A DNA stretch of 59,605 bases, the filler included, from Barthelona sp. PAP020 (lineage: Eukaryota), in NCBI GenBank assembly GCA_040182905.1. It is 3 parts of 3 records of this genome, joined end to end, with 100 filler letters (N's around TTAATTAATTAA, not from the genome) between each part and the next. Parts side by side here need not be neighbours in the genome. Positions count along the whole stretch, not along the records: positions 19,977 to 39,813 come from JARQWU010000203.1; positions 39,914 to 59,605 come from JARQWU010000204.1; 1 more part is not named here. One strand, 5' to 3'. Both the position numbers and the translations under genes were made by a program. Shown here piece by piece: positions 31,183 to 41,475 of this stretch. The notes beneath the pieces were generated by a model that was not told the DNA's origin, searched no databases, and was given only the letters and a program-made list of their open reading frames with translations. Every line of letters starts with the position of its first letter. Positions within the stretch are counted from its first letter, which is position 1.

Positions 31183-33279
31183 TCACAAATTAGAAGCGAA
31201 AAACGATTGAATTGGTACATTTTCGGTCCAATCTATCGAACCACTGCACAACAAACGGCTTCCATCAAAATAAAGGGACATAGCATAAATTTCCAAGGGT
31301 ACATATACTTTCTGCAGTACTTGACCTGTTTCCCTTCGAACAACAGCAAATGATTTATCACTGGAACCAGAATAGATCAATGAACTATCTGAGGAGAATA
31401 TGACAGAGTATATCCACCTGTTATCATGAACCTTATATTTTCCCAACAACTCTCTAGATTCAACATCAAATATTCTGATAGTACCATCTTCATCACCTGT
31501 GGCCCAATAAGCTCCATTGGGTGAAAAATTACCTGATTTTACCTCTTTTTCATCATGACTCCACGTGTAAAGCTCTTCATACGTGTCTAATGAAAACAAC
31601 TTTGAACATCCATCATTGCTGACAGATGCAAAGTACTTCATATCTAGACTAATACGCACAGATTTAACAGTTTTTTCATGTGGTCTACATTCATGCAATT
31701 TCTCTCCTTCTATCGCATATATTGCAATGAAACCATCATTCATACCAAATGAAAGTAATTTATCATTTGATGAGAACCAAACACTTTTGACATGTCCTGC
31801 CATATCACTGATGATTCTTATTGTTCTCCACGTATCAACCTCAATGATATGAACAGCGGGACCATAACCACCAATAGCCAAAATTTTGGAGTTTTGACTG
31901 AAATTCAGACCCATAGCTTTTACATGTTGCCCTTCATACACAATTTCATGTGTGGCAGCATTGTATACTCTGATTAATTTACTATCACATCCTGTCACCG
32001 CAAATAACCGTCCATTAGAAGAATAATCAATGGCATAAACGCGAAAATCAGGGAACTTTTGATTTAGAACAGGGTTTTCTTCAAACCTTTCAACTGCATG
32101 GACAACAGGATTTCTATCTTCAATTGTACGCTTTTGATCGTTGAAAAGCATACTTTCTTTCATTTGATTTGTCAAATATTCGACCTGATTGACAAGTTCT
32201 TCCTTTTCATTTTTCCACTTTTCTTTCATAACTTTAAAACATTTAGTTTGTCTTGTCAAACTTTGAACTCTTTCTTCATACCCTTTTCTTTCTAAAAGTA
32301 ATCTGTTCTTCTCTTCTTCTAATACTTCAACACGCTTCAACAATCTTTTCTCATCAAATCCCAAACCCTCAAAACGCTCAATTAGCATCTTTAAATACTC
32401 AGTGATCTCCCAAAAGGTTGGTCTTTCAACATTATCAATACTCAAACACTTCTTGATAATTCCAAATCCAGGTATTGTATCAAGTAGCTCTTTATCAAAC
32501 GGAATTCTTCCACTATTTAATGTCACTGCAACTTGAAAGTCAGTCAATCCATCAAAAGGAACACAGCCGGAAATGACTTGAGTTAACATAACTCCAAACG
32601 ACCACACATCACCAGCCATTGCTTTAACAGCCTTTGATTCATTGGATAATTCAGGAGCAAGATATCTTATCGCACCCATCATTGAATTGGCAGAACTTCT
32701 GCTCACATCAGGAACAAGTCCAAAATCAGCAATTGCTGGCATGTACACACCATTTGCATCATGTCTTAACAAAATATTGTTTGGCTTTAGATCTCTGTGC
32801 ATAACACCCTTACTGTGACAAAAATCAAGAGCAGATGAAACTTGCATCATAATAACCAACTTCTCCTTCAAAGATAATTCGGGTATCATTTCCTCAAGAT
32901 CCGTGTCACAATATTCCATTACGATACCTTTCTTTCCGTCAAGCTCAGTAACACCAAAGACTTGTCGAATGAATGGATGATTTAGAACCATAGGAAAACA
33001 TTCTTTGGTCAATTGATCGTCATCAATATCTTTGATGAATAATTTGATTACAAAAGTCTTTTCATGTCTTGTTGCAAGATGAAAATAGCCAAAACTACCG
33101 ATTTTGAAGTTAAATTTAATTATTTTAAACTCATTTCCAGGAATATTGACGTTATCATATTTTAAAAAGTTCTCTAGTTTTTCGAAGGCATCTTCATCGA
33201 CTTCTTTGACAATTGTTCTACGTTTCTTAAAGTTTTCATATAATTCTTTCGATCCTTGCACTTCTTGAAAAGTGAACAT
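31183..33279 (-). CDS. Ser/Thr (TKL-like) protein kinase - coiled coil - WD40 propeller
   Basis: GSFG loop, VIK lysine, HRDLKPNN, DFG, APE and DVWSFG. A coiled coil follows (RLLKRVEVLEEEKNRLL), then about 7 WD blades (FSPNGAYWATGDEDGTIRIFD). Confidence 0.9.
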   Translation of the reverse strand: MFTFQEVQGSKELYENFKKRRTIVKEVDEDAFEKLENFLKYDNVNIPGNEFKIIKFNFKIGSFGYFHLATRHEKTFVIKLFIKDIDDDQLTKECFPMVLNHPFIRQVFGVTELDGKKGIVMEYCDTDLEEMIPELSLKEKLVIMMQVSSALDFCHSKGVMHRDLKPNNILLRHDANGVYMPAIADFGLVPDVSRSSANSMMGAIRYLAPELSNESKAVKAMAGDVWSFGVMLTQVISGCVPFDGLTDFQVAVTLNSGRIPFDKELLDTIPGFGIIKKCLSIDNVERPTFWEITEYLKMLIERFEGLGFDEKRLLKRVEVLEEEKNRLLLERKGYEERVQSLTRQTKCFKVMKEKWKNEKEELVNQVEYLTNQMKESMLFNDQKRTIEDRNPVVHAVERFEENPVLNQKFPDFRVYAIDYSSNGRLFAVTGCDSKLIRVYNAATHEIVYEGQHVKAMGLNFSQNSKILAIGGYGPAVHIIEVDTWRTIRIISDMAGHVKSVWFSSNDKLLSFGMNDGFIAIYAIEGEKLHECRPHEKTVKSVRISLDMKYFASVSNDGCSKLFSLDTYEELYTWSHDEKEVKSGNFSPNGAYWATGDEDGTIRIFDVESRELLGKYKVHDNRWIYSVIFSSDSSLIYSGSSDKSFAVVRRETGQVLQKVYVPLEIYAMSLYFDGSRLLCSGSIDWTENVPIQSFFASNL

Positions 33280-33355
33280 GGGAAATATTCAAGAAAATGA
33301 AAAAAATTAACTGTAAAAAAAAAACACATATTTATACTTTATACAATTAGGACTC

Positions 33356-36300
33356 TTATTTTTCAGTTCTTAACAAATTAATCAATTGATCACACCAATG
33401 ACGATTATTCTTTAATTGTTGATACAAACCATTTTCAACTTCCAAAAGTACTTCTTGAACGATATCATCAAGCATTGCTAATGAAGGTTCTTCCCTTCTT
33501 TTACGTGCATCAATTAATAATTGTTCACCGTTTTGATTATGAAGAATTAATTTTTGAGGAGCGTCTTCAACAATAAAACTTTCAAATAAGAATTCGCTTT
33601 TTTCATTGATCAATATTGAATCACATTCAAACGTTAATGAAATAAATTCCAGTAAGAATTCAAGATACGCTATCTCTCTTTGATCTTCAATAAGAGAAAT
33701 CCACTTTTCCAAAACAACAGGAGATGAACATAAAGTTTCAACTGAAGGAAATATATTACTTTTTGCTTGATAACGATGAAATGGAAATTTAACACGCACA
33801 GCATTTAATGCTTTTTTTTCCATACAATCAACAGATTCATCAATTGGAACTTTTTCAGGAGGAGTACGAATTTCACCTAATGAAGGGATAGTTTGGTTAA
33901 AACTATGAATTTCAGGTACCTTTTCCAAATTTTTTTGTTTTGACAATTTAGAAGGTGGTGTATGTAATAAAGATAAGTTCAAATTATCGTCATCATTATT
34001 TATTGTTAACGAAGCAGATATTTCGTTACTGCTAGACTGAATTATTTGGTTAAACAATTGTTTGAAAACATACAAATTATTATTTACTGTATGATTCATA
34101 TAATCATGCAAAGAATCAACCATTTGTACTCTTTGAACTAAAGAAGAAGAAGTTTCAGTAATTGATAAACCTTGGAAAATGTTCTTTGACGCAATTAGAG
34201 CCTTAATATAATCATCAGTACTGTTCAAATTCAAAGTTTCATTGATTTCAACATTTCCTACTTCTATCAAAAAGGAAGCAAATATTGCAACAGCTCTTGG
34301 ACACGCAATTGAATGGATACTTTCCAACAAGTAACGCATCAATTTTATACTGAAAAGAACCAATTTTGAATGACCCTTTAATCCTGCATATAATAATTGA
34401 GATAAGAAAGGTGTTGATTGAGGTAATAAGTCTTTAATGATACTGTCAGTGATGTTAACCCAAAAAAGATGATTGAAAATTTGATTTGATTGTTTCATAT
34501 TTTTAAAATCTTCAAAAGTTCTAGAAATGTTCTGTTCATTCTTGAAGATAGGCTTGATAATCGGAGATATCATCTCCCAATTGTATTGACAGTACAAAGC
34601 GTATAAAGTGTAAAACAACAAAATAATCTTTTGATGAGAGACATTTAAAGTGATTATCGGATGGTTTATTGATTTACTTATTTCAAACAATGCAAACAAT
34701 GCAGCTTCTTCAGTCTCTTCATTTAACAAAGCATTTTGAATCATATCTAAGATTGTATAACCTTCTGGTGTGTAAGGAAGATGAATAGAACACAAAGAGG
34801 ATTTGGCAAGCTCCTGTTGAACATATTCAGTCAATAAACATTGGCTTAACAATTTATAAGCTTTGTTTTGAATTGAAACGTTAGGGTATCTAATCAAAGC
34901 AAAACTAAGGTTTAATACATAAATGATGATATCAACACTGAATTCAATAGCATTTGAGAATAGATCACAAATGATTGATAAAATTGATTCACTGATATCA
35001 TGTTCATTAAGAATGTTTTGTAAATGTTTGATCAATGAAATCATTTGTTCTTCAGTAAAAACAACTAATGTGACTAGTAGATTTAGTAATTCAAAAATGT
35101 TATCATTGATTTGTTGATAAGCAAAATCTAAAGTTAATTTCAAAAGCAGATCAAAATCAAAAGGTAATTGAACAATTGTTTGTGTTATACTACAAGAATT
35201 ATTATCATCTTCCCAAGTTAAAATACCTAAAGGAAGTTCAATATTGAAAAATAGGATCAAATTCAAAATTGTTTGTTGACCAGTATAATTTAATTGTTTT
35301 TTGATACTGTTATTTGTATTGTTTGAATTAATGGAATTGATTTCAAGATGATATAAAGCAAAAATCAAAACATTTGCTAAAACAACATCAATATCAAGAT
35401 CATCAATAGTAATATAACCTAAAATTTTATTAAAAATTTTCAAAAGGAATAAACAAACAATTTTATCTTCTATATTCAAATAATTAACAATCAAATATTC
35501 AAAATATTTCAAATTTTTAAAATTTTTAAACAATAATATTTCACATGTAATTAAAATATAAGCTTCTGAAAAATTTGATTGTTCTATAATTAAATTTATA
35601 ATTCTATTCAATAGTATTTTAGCATTTTCCTCATAACTTGCTAAACAACGCACTAAATGTATTCCATAAGGTAAATTTAATAAATATTCATTGTTTATCA
35701 TCATGTTAATTTCATCATTTTGAATCATTTTTAAATCACAATTCTCTAAAAATTTACTCAAATTATATATCAAATTTGGTTCCTTAAAAGATAATATCTC
35801 CTTACAAATATTTTCACAAATATTTTCATATTTATCAATAATAAAATTACAAAGTTCATCAAAACTCTTATTTCTGCCAGAACAAACATGATTGAACAAT
35901 ATCATACATCTTAAAGGCTCAAAATCACTCAATAATATAATTATCATAATAATTTGACTAACCATTAAAATATTCAACTCTTCATCCATATCATTTATGA
36001 ATTGACATAAACTTTCTAATATATTACACACATATTCCCTTATTTGAGGTCGTACACTTATTGAATTACGATACTTTTTTAACCAATTTATTATAAAGGA
36101 AAAATTAGTCTTAGTGATAGTAGATAAAGTTTGTAACGAATAGAAAGCAGGCAATAGACTACCGATCAAATTGTTTGAACAAATCAAACAAATTTCAAAG
36201 ACTTTTTCATCAATAACAACATCATTACACTTATCGGCAACCATTTTTGAAAATAGCAAATTCAAACAATTATAGCTCAGATCAATAAGTTGGTCAATTT

Positions 36301-39223
36301 GCTCATTTTGACTTTTAAACAAATCAATCTTTGCTAACCATGTTTTGATAATAATCAAATTGTAAAGACAGTGTAAAATTGATGTAGTATCAATCGAATT
36401 CAATTTAACATCAGAAAGTCTTAAAATAACAGATGTGGAACATAAAAAGGAGACAAAAAAATGAATAAACGTCTCAAATGAAATTTTCCCAAAAGTTTGT
36501 AACATTTGTTGAAAGTTGTTGACTAAATATTCAACAATCCGACACCATATCCCAAAATAATATTGTTTTTCTTTTTCAGGTGTATTCTCATTCACACATA
36601 GTAATTTAGAAAGGCATAATACATCCACACAAACTTTTATCTTTTGTTCTAACACTTCAACACCTAACATCACATTACATACAATGTTTGAAGCATATTT
36701 CATCGATTCCAATATCATGTCTACAATATTCATATCGTTGCAACTTAATAAAGCAGGCAAAACTTGATAAACAAGTTCATGAACACAACCAGTTGATGGA
36801 ATCACCTTTATCAAGGACAATAAGAATGTCAACATGTCACCTGCTAATCTTAAATCTTCACTGTCTTCTTTGTATAAAGAGATAAAATGGGTTGTCAACG
36901 AACTTATTAAGTGATCAACAATCATGCTGTTGATAACAGAAGCACTAAGATTAAGGGATTCTCCAAGAAAAGCTAAACCTCTAGTGAATTCTTCAAAAGT
37001 GATGAATTTCTGAGGATCATCCATCAAAGGTTGAGAAGTCCAATCTATAGCATTGGCAGGAATATTTTGAAATAGATGATGAACAGCTGTACCAATCAAC
37101 GAAATAGCTGCAAAACCAGAATCAGGCCGATCGAATTGATTGGTTAAATGCAAAGCAATTAAGATCAATCTTCTCAAAATGATATCTGGACTTGTCAAAA
37201 AATGTAAAAGCAAACTTTCAACATCAGCTAAAATATCCAATGTAAGACTACCATTTTCCAAAACAGATACAATAATACATATCAAATGTAAAATTGTAAC
37301 GTGTTTTGAAATCAAAGACAAATTAGTGAACTGTTTGAATTCTGCTACCATATCAATGATAGTCTTTAAGGAACCATTAGAAACATATGGCACAATCTTA
37401 ACAAGACGTTTCATTAAAGGAAGGGTAATTGAGGGAATTCTTAAGAATAAATCAATATAATGCTGAGACAATAAATCTGGAGCATCAAACACGTAAAAAC
37501 AGTCAATACACTCCAGCAAATATTGAATAGATACCTGAATTCTTCCGTTGGTAGATATTTCTTGTTCAGATTTCAACCATAATGGTATTTGACCAATAAA
37601 ATTGTCCGCATTAGTTTGAAACAATGATTTTGGCAATTTTTTCAAAATAATAAAGTCCCAGCAATTATTTAAAGTCTTAAGAGACATTAGATTGTTAAAT
37701 CCAACAAATAAACCATTCAAATAATGACTTTCAAAAAAAATCGGCTGAAAAAACTCACTGTTCAATGTTTGATATGTACATTCTATCGCTTTTCCATCAA
37801 AAGAAAAAAGATTCGCAATATTGCTTATTGCTTGACCAATTTCTGGCGGGGAAATATTGCCATAATCAATACCACAATCCTTTAGCAGTTTAAAAGTTCT
37901 TAAAGCTATTGCTGCATTATCCAACAAGGGAGAACATAGCATTTGAGATAAATTTATCAAATAACTGTCTTTTTGTGTGATTAAATATACAAGCAACAAA
38001 GAATATTCTTCAATTTGATAGATAGAACCAGATATACCACGTGTTAAGGGACTCTTCAAAAAAACAAAAAAATCATCAACATGTTGAATGAATCTTTCAT
38101 GATTAAAACCAGTTCTTGCTTGAATCTTGATATGATTACCTTTCGTTATTGAAATACCACATAATTTAATTAATAATTGAAGTCTAAGCTGTGCTTTTGA
38201 TGTTTTGGTGATTTGAGATAATAATCTCAGAACAAAGAGATCAATATGAGATTCAAAAAAACTGAAAGGTGCTTGTAGCAATAGTTCAGTTATAAATTTG
38301 AGACTTGTATCTTTCATATCACTCTGTTTTGAACAAACATCTGCTAGATGGTAGTATTCAACGATATCTTCTGCAATAAGGGAATGATTTTCTTGGTTTG
38401 AAAAGAAATTAAACAGGAGATTGAGTTTTAATCCAATTTCCCTTGGATATTTAAGTAAAAATGCATCAAGTACTGATTTATCACTAACTTTTTTACAAGA
38501 ACAATGTTTCAACAACATAAACCATCTATCATCAACATAATCCAACGTGTTTAAATAGTCTTCAATAAAAAAGATATCAAACACATCAAAATCTATCAAA
38601 TTTTCCAAATTTTCCATAATATTCGCATAAAACTTCCCCAAAATATTGTAATCCTTTGTATGCCTTATATTTATTCTTAAAATACCATCAATCAATGACA
38701 AAACATCAGTTTGCATCCTCAAACATATATCATTTTGGATATTATCATCACACATTATTTCTTTAAACATCTCTTGTAACATTGTACAAATAATCTTTAA
38801 ATTAAAAAATCCCAAAAACAAAATGTTAATTCTATCATTATTCAACATGGTTTGAGAGAAAAAACAGTTAAAAGACACATCGTTGACTAAATCATTAACA
38901 TATCCATTTGTAATATAGCTACAAGTTGCTTTGGTTTCTTGACAAAATGTTGCATTATGAAAAGGTGAAAAATTTAAAATAAATCGAAGAGATGTGTTAA
39001 TATCAAACATGTTTATGTGAATAAATCTTTTAATCATCTCATGATATTTTTTAATGTTAAAATCTTCTTTAAATATTTCTATTACGTTAATGTTTTCATT
39101 TAATAAATATTTCTTCAATTCCAATACGATGCCAGCAAAATCACTTCCAATAGTTTCAATACAATCACGAAAACTCTCATGAGCAAAATTTAATGAATAC
39201 AAAGACTCTGATAATGATCCCAT
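33356..39223 (-). CDS. Large alpha-solenoid protein, probable Furry/Tao3/Mor2 family scaffold
   Basis: 1955-aa Leu-rich HEAT/ARM-like ORF. ADVESLLLHFLTSPDIILRRLILIAL resembles the MOR2-PAG1 N-domain motif as I recall it. Confidence 0.5.
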   Translation of the reverse strand: MGSLSESLYSLNFAHESFRDCIETIGSDFAGIVLELKKYLLNENINVIEIFKEDFNIKKYHEMIKRFIHINMFDINTSLRFILNFSPFHNATFCQETKATCSYITNGYVNDLVNDVSFNCFFSQTMLNNDRINILFLGFFNLKIICTMLQEMFKEIMCDDNIQNDICLRMQTDVLSLIDGILRINIRHTKDYNILGKFYANIMENLENLIDFDVFDIFFIEDYLNTLDYVDDRWFMLLKHCSCKKVSDKSVLDAFLLKYPREIGLKLNLLFNFFSNQENHSLIAEDIVEYYHLADVCSKQSDMKDTSLKFITELLLQAPFSFFESHIDLFVLRLLSQITKTSKAQLRLQLLIKLCGISITKGNHIKIQARTGFNHERFIQHVDDFFVFLKSPLTRGISGSIYQIEEYSLLLVYLITQKDSYLINLSQMLCSPLLDNAAIALRTFKLLKDCGIDYGNISPPEIGQAISNIANLFSFDGKAIECTYQTLNSEFFQPIFFESHYLNGLFVGFNNLMSLKTLNNCWDFIILKKLPKSLFQTNADNFIGQIPLWLKSEQEISTNGRIQVSIQYLLECIDCFYVFDAPDLLSQHYIDLFLRIPSITLPLMKRLVKIVPYVSNGSLKTIIDMVAEFKQFTNLSLISKHVTILHLICIIVSVLENGSLTLDILADVESLLLHFLTSPDIILRRLILIALHLTNQFDRPDSGFAAISLIGTAVHHLFQNIPANAIDWTSQPLMDDPQKFITFEEFTRGLAFLGESLNLSASVINSMIVDHLISSLTTHFISLYKEDSEDLRLAGDMLTFLLSLIKVIPSTGCVHELVYQVLPALLSCNDMNIVDMILESMKYASNIVCNVMLGVEVLEQKIKVCVDVLCLSKLLCVNENTPEKEKQYYFGIWCRIVEYLVNNFQQMLQTFGKISFETFIHFFVSFLCSTSVILRLSDVKLNSIDTTSILHCLYNLIIIKTWLAKIDLFKSQNEQIDQLIDLSYNCLNLLFSKMVADKCNDVVIDEKVFEICLICSNNLIGSLLPAFYSLQTLSTITKTNFSFIINWLKKYRNSISVRPQIREYVCNILESLCQFINDMDEELNILMVSQIIMIIILLSDFEPLRCMILFNHVCSGRNKSFDELCNFIIDKYENICENICKEILSFKEPNLIYNLSKFLENCDLKMIQNDEINMMINNEYLLNLPYGIHLVRCLASYEENAKILLNRIINLIIEQSNFSEAYILITCEILLFKNFKNLKYFEYLIVNYLNIEDKIVCLFLLKIFNKILGYITIDDLDIDVVLANVLIFALYHLEINSINSNNTNNSIKKQLNYTGQQTILNLILFFNIELPLGILTWEDDNNSCSITQTIVQLPFDFDLLLKLTLDFAYQQINDNIFELLNLLVTLVVFTEEQMISLIKHLQNILNEHDISESILSIICDLFSNAIEFSVDIIIYVLNLSFALIRYPNVSIQNKAYKLLSQCLLTEYVQQELAKSSLCSIHLPYTPEGYTILDMIQNALLNEETEEAALFALFEISKSINHPIITLNVSHQKIILLFYTLYALYCQYNWEMISPIIKPIFKNEQNISRTFEDFKNMKQSNQIFNHLFWVNITDSIIKDLLPQSTPFLSQLLYAGLKGHSKLVLFSIKLMRYLLESIHSIACPRAVAIFASFLIEVGNVEINETLNLNSTDDYIKALIASKNIFQGLSITETSSSLVQRVQMVDSLHDYMNHTVNNNLYVFKQLFNQIIQSSSNEISASLTINNDDDNLNLSLLHTPPSKLSKQKNLEKVPEIHSFNQTIPSLGEIRTPPEKVPIDESVDCMEKKALNAVRVKFPFHRYQAKSNIFPSVETLCSSPVVLEKWISLIEDQREIAYLEFLLEFISLTFECDSILINEKSEFLFESFIVEDAPQKLILHNQNGEQLLIDARKRREEPSLAMLDDIVQEVLLEVENGLYQQLKNNRHWCDQLINLLRTEK

Positions 39224-39695
39224 ATTCTCATACAGTTATATATATAGATAAATAATTGTGGTTTAACAAAATTAACTGTAAAAACCAATTGCCTTTTCCT
39301 TTTCTCCTTCCCATTTTTTTTTTTCATTTTCTTGTTGATATAACTTTATTATTATTTTTTATTATTCAATTATTTTTGAAACTTAATTTATTGTTTTATT
39401 TATTTATTTTTTAATTCTTTCAATAAATTAATTAAATATTGTTTTCATTTGGAATATTTTGGGTGATTCTTAGCAAACTTTGCAAGAACAAAAAAAATTA
39501 AATCTGACCAATGAATGTGAAGAACATTTGTTACTGGGCATTTTGATTTATATTTTTTGGAAAAGTTGAATAAACATCAATGAAAAAAATGGAAAAGCAA
39601 TGATTTGAACCTCTTAGCACGTGCCAAAATTGGAAAGTCCTTTACCAATCAATTTTTTTTTTGTGTATTTTTTTTATACTTAAATATTTATTCAT

Positions 39696-39813
39696 ATGCA
39701 AATCTTTGTTAAGACCCTTACCAACAAAACTATTGCTCTTGAAGTTGAACCTACTGATTCTATTGATTCTGTTAAGAGAAAAATTCAAGACAAAGAAGGT
39801 ATTCCTCCTGATC
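39696..39813 (+). CDS. Ubiquitin (residues 1-39), truncated by the contig end; not in the ORF track
   Basis: ATG at 39696 gives [39 protein letters not shown]. Confidence 0.93.
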
Positions 39814-39913
39814 NNNNNNNNNNNNNNNNNNNNNNNNNNNNNNNNNNNNNNNNNNNNTTAATTAATTAANNNNNNNNNNNNNNNNNNNNNNNNNNNNNNN
39901 NNNNNNNNNNNNN
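39814..39913. other. Artificial contig linker (N44-TTAATTAATTAA-N44)
   Basis: Same 100-nt spacer as 19877-19976. Confidence 0.97.
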
Positions 39914-40571
39914 GGAAACAGGCTAGCATATTGTGGGTTTTGCTTGACTCACACAAACGCATCCAAACATTTTCTTGTTGTTGCTCTCTTATGAAATGCC
40001 CGCTGCGCTTCACAATACTTTAGGTGTGAATGGGGTGATTATCTAAATGAAAGTTTAATAATCTTTTTCCTCCTTGCCAATAAATTTTGATTGTTCTTCT
40101 CTAGGTTTCCTTGATGAAACCTTGTAATTCCTTGTTAACCTGCTATGCACACTTGCATCCTTATTACCCTGAATCATTTGATTCTTTGTTGTTATTTCAC
40201 TTTCAATTTTAATACCCATTAATATCAGAAATTGCAAGAAGAAACCTTAAACACATTTATATTGTCTTTTACGTGAAATCCGTCCGCTTTGCTACGAACA
40301 CTTCCGGAAAAAAAAAAAAAACTCATAATTGTTAAGAGGTGCGGTCCTTTAGAAAATAAAATTCTTATTGTTTTGATCTCCTCTTTTCCAGATTTATTTC
40401 AACAATAAATTCTGAACAGTTTATATCCAACTCTTAGATGTGGGGGGTTGTGGTTGAGATGTTAGCAGCGTGATCTTTCTTTCCCTCTTAAAAAAAAAAG
40501 AAATTAAATTCTTAGAAACTGGACTAACCTAACAACAAAACAGATAATTTAAAATAAAATTTTTTCACTCC

Positions 40572-40598
40572 AAACTTTTGAAACTTTTGAAACTTTGG
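40572..40598. repeat. Three tandem 9-mers (AAACTTTTG, third copy AAACTTTGG)
   Basis: aaacttttg aaacttttg aaactttgg read directly from the sequence. Confidence 0.8.
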
Positions 40599-40983
40599 AA
40601 AGGTGACAAGGAAACCAAATTTTTTTCTTAATGATTTGGCAAATATCTCTTCCACATTTTGGGAGTTCTGGTTGTAAATTGATTCATTTGTTAACGTACA
40701 AGTATTGAAACCTGTACGAGTTGGATATGCTCAGATGCTGAAAATTTCGCTATTTTAGCTCAAAAATTCAACTCTTTAAAACGCAAAACGACTTTTACAA
40801 GACAATAATAATAAATGTTTGTAAAGACCTTCATTGTTCTCGGTGTCAGTTTGAGGGTACTTGCAATTGGGAAATGGTTATTGGTTTAGAACAATCTTAA
40901 AAAAGGGAATGCTGCTGATTGATTTCAACTCTTCTTTTTCTTAACTCATTCATAAAAAAAAAGAAAAGAGGACACAATGTTAT

Positions 40984-41475
40984 TTATTTGTTGAAATTTA
41001 CATTAAAAAGAGCTAATCCTGTATCATTAGGCATTTTCATGAAATTCTTTGCCTTTTCTAAAAAGTCATGTGCTTGAGCTTCTTCTTCCACTTGTTCATT
41101 AATAAAGTAGTTTAAAAAAACTTCAGTTGAAAGATCCCCCTCTTTTCGAGCTGCATTGAAAATTGCATGAATAAATTTTGTATTAGTTTCTTCTTCTAAA
41201 ACAAATTGCTCCCCACAATCAATCAAATCTTGAAAAATTTTAGGTTGAAATTCATTGGCAGGCAAATTGAATTCAACATTGCAATCAATGAGGTAATCCC
41301 TAAATTTTCTGGAATGTCTAAACTCCTCACAAGCTTGTTTTTCAAAAAATTCAGCAATATTATTCATTCCCATAGATTTCCATCGTGTTGCAAATGAGTA
41401 ATATACAAAAGCAGCTTCAAGTTCATGAATAACTTGCTCAATTAACAGTTGTCTAATATTTGCAGATACTTTCAT
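40984..41475 (-). CDS. ftnA: Non-heme ferritin, bacterial/archaeal FtnA type
   Basis: 163 aa. Ferroxidase ligands E18, Y25, E50/E51 and H54, plus NEQVEEE, which has the extra site-C glutamates typical of prokaryotic Ftn. No targeting peptide. Confidence 0.9.
   Translation of the reverse strand: MKVSANIRQLLIEQVIHELEAAFVYYSFATRWKSMGMNNIAEFFEKQACEEFRHSRKFRDYLIDCNVEFNLPANEFQPKIFQDLIDCGEQFVLEEETNTKFIHAIFNAARKEGDLSTEVFLNYFINEQVEEEAQAHDFLEKAKNFMKMPNDTGLALFNVNFNK

Noticed and set aside
39914..40060. Minus-strand peptide HLDNHPIHT*SIVK...ENVW resembling Tc1/IS630 DDE motifs
   Set aside because: The D-to-E spacing is far shorter than DD34E, there is no SPDLNPIE motif, and there is an internal stop. 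It is unsupported without a profile search.
40695..40718. Hairpin downstream of ferritin as an iron-responsive element
   Set aside because: The loop is not CAGUGN, there is no C bulge at the IRE position, and it lies about 270 nt past the stop.
40339..40900. GTGCG as the 5' end of a group II intron
   Set aside because: I found no domain V catalytic hairpin and no interrupted host gene.
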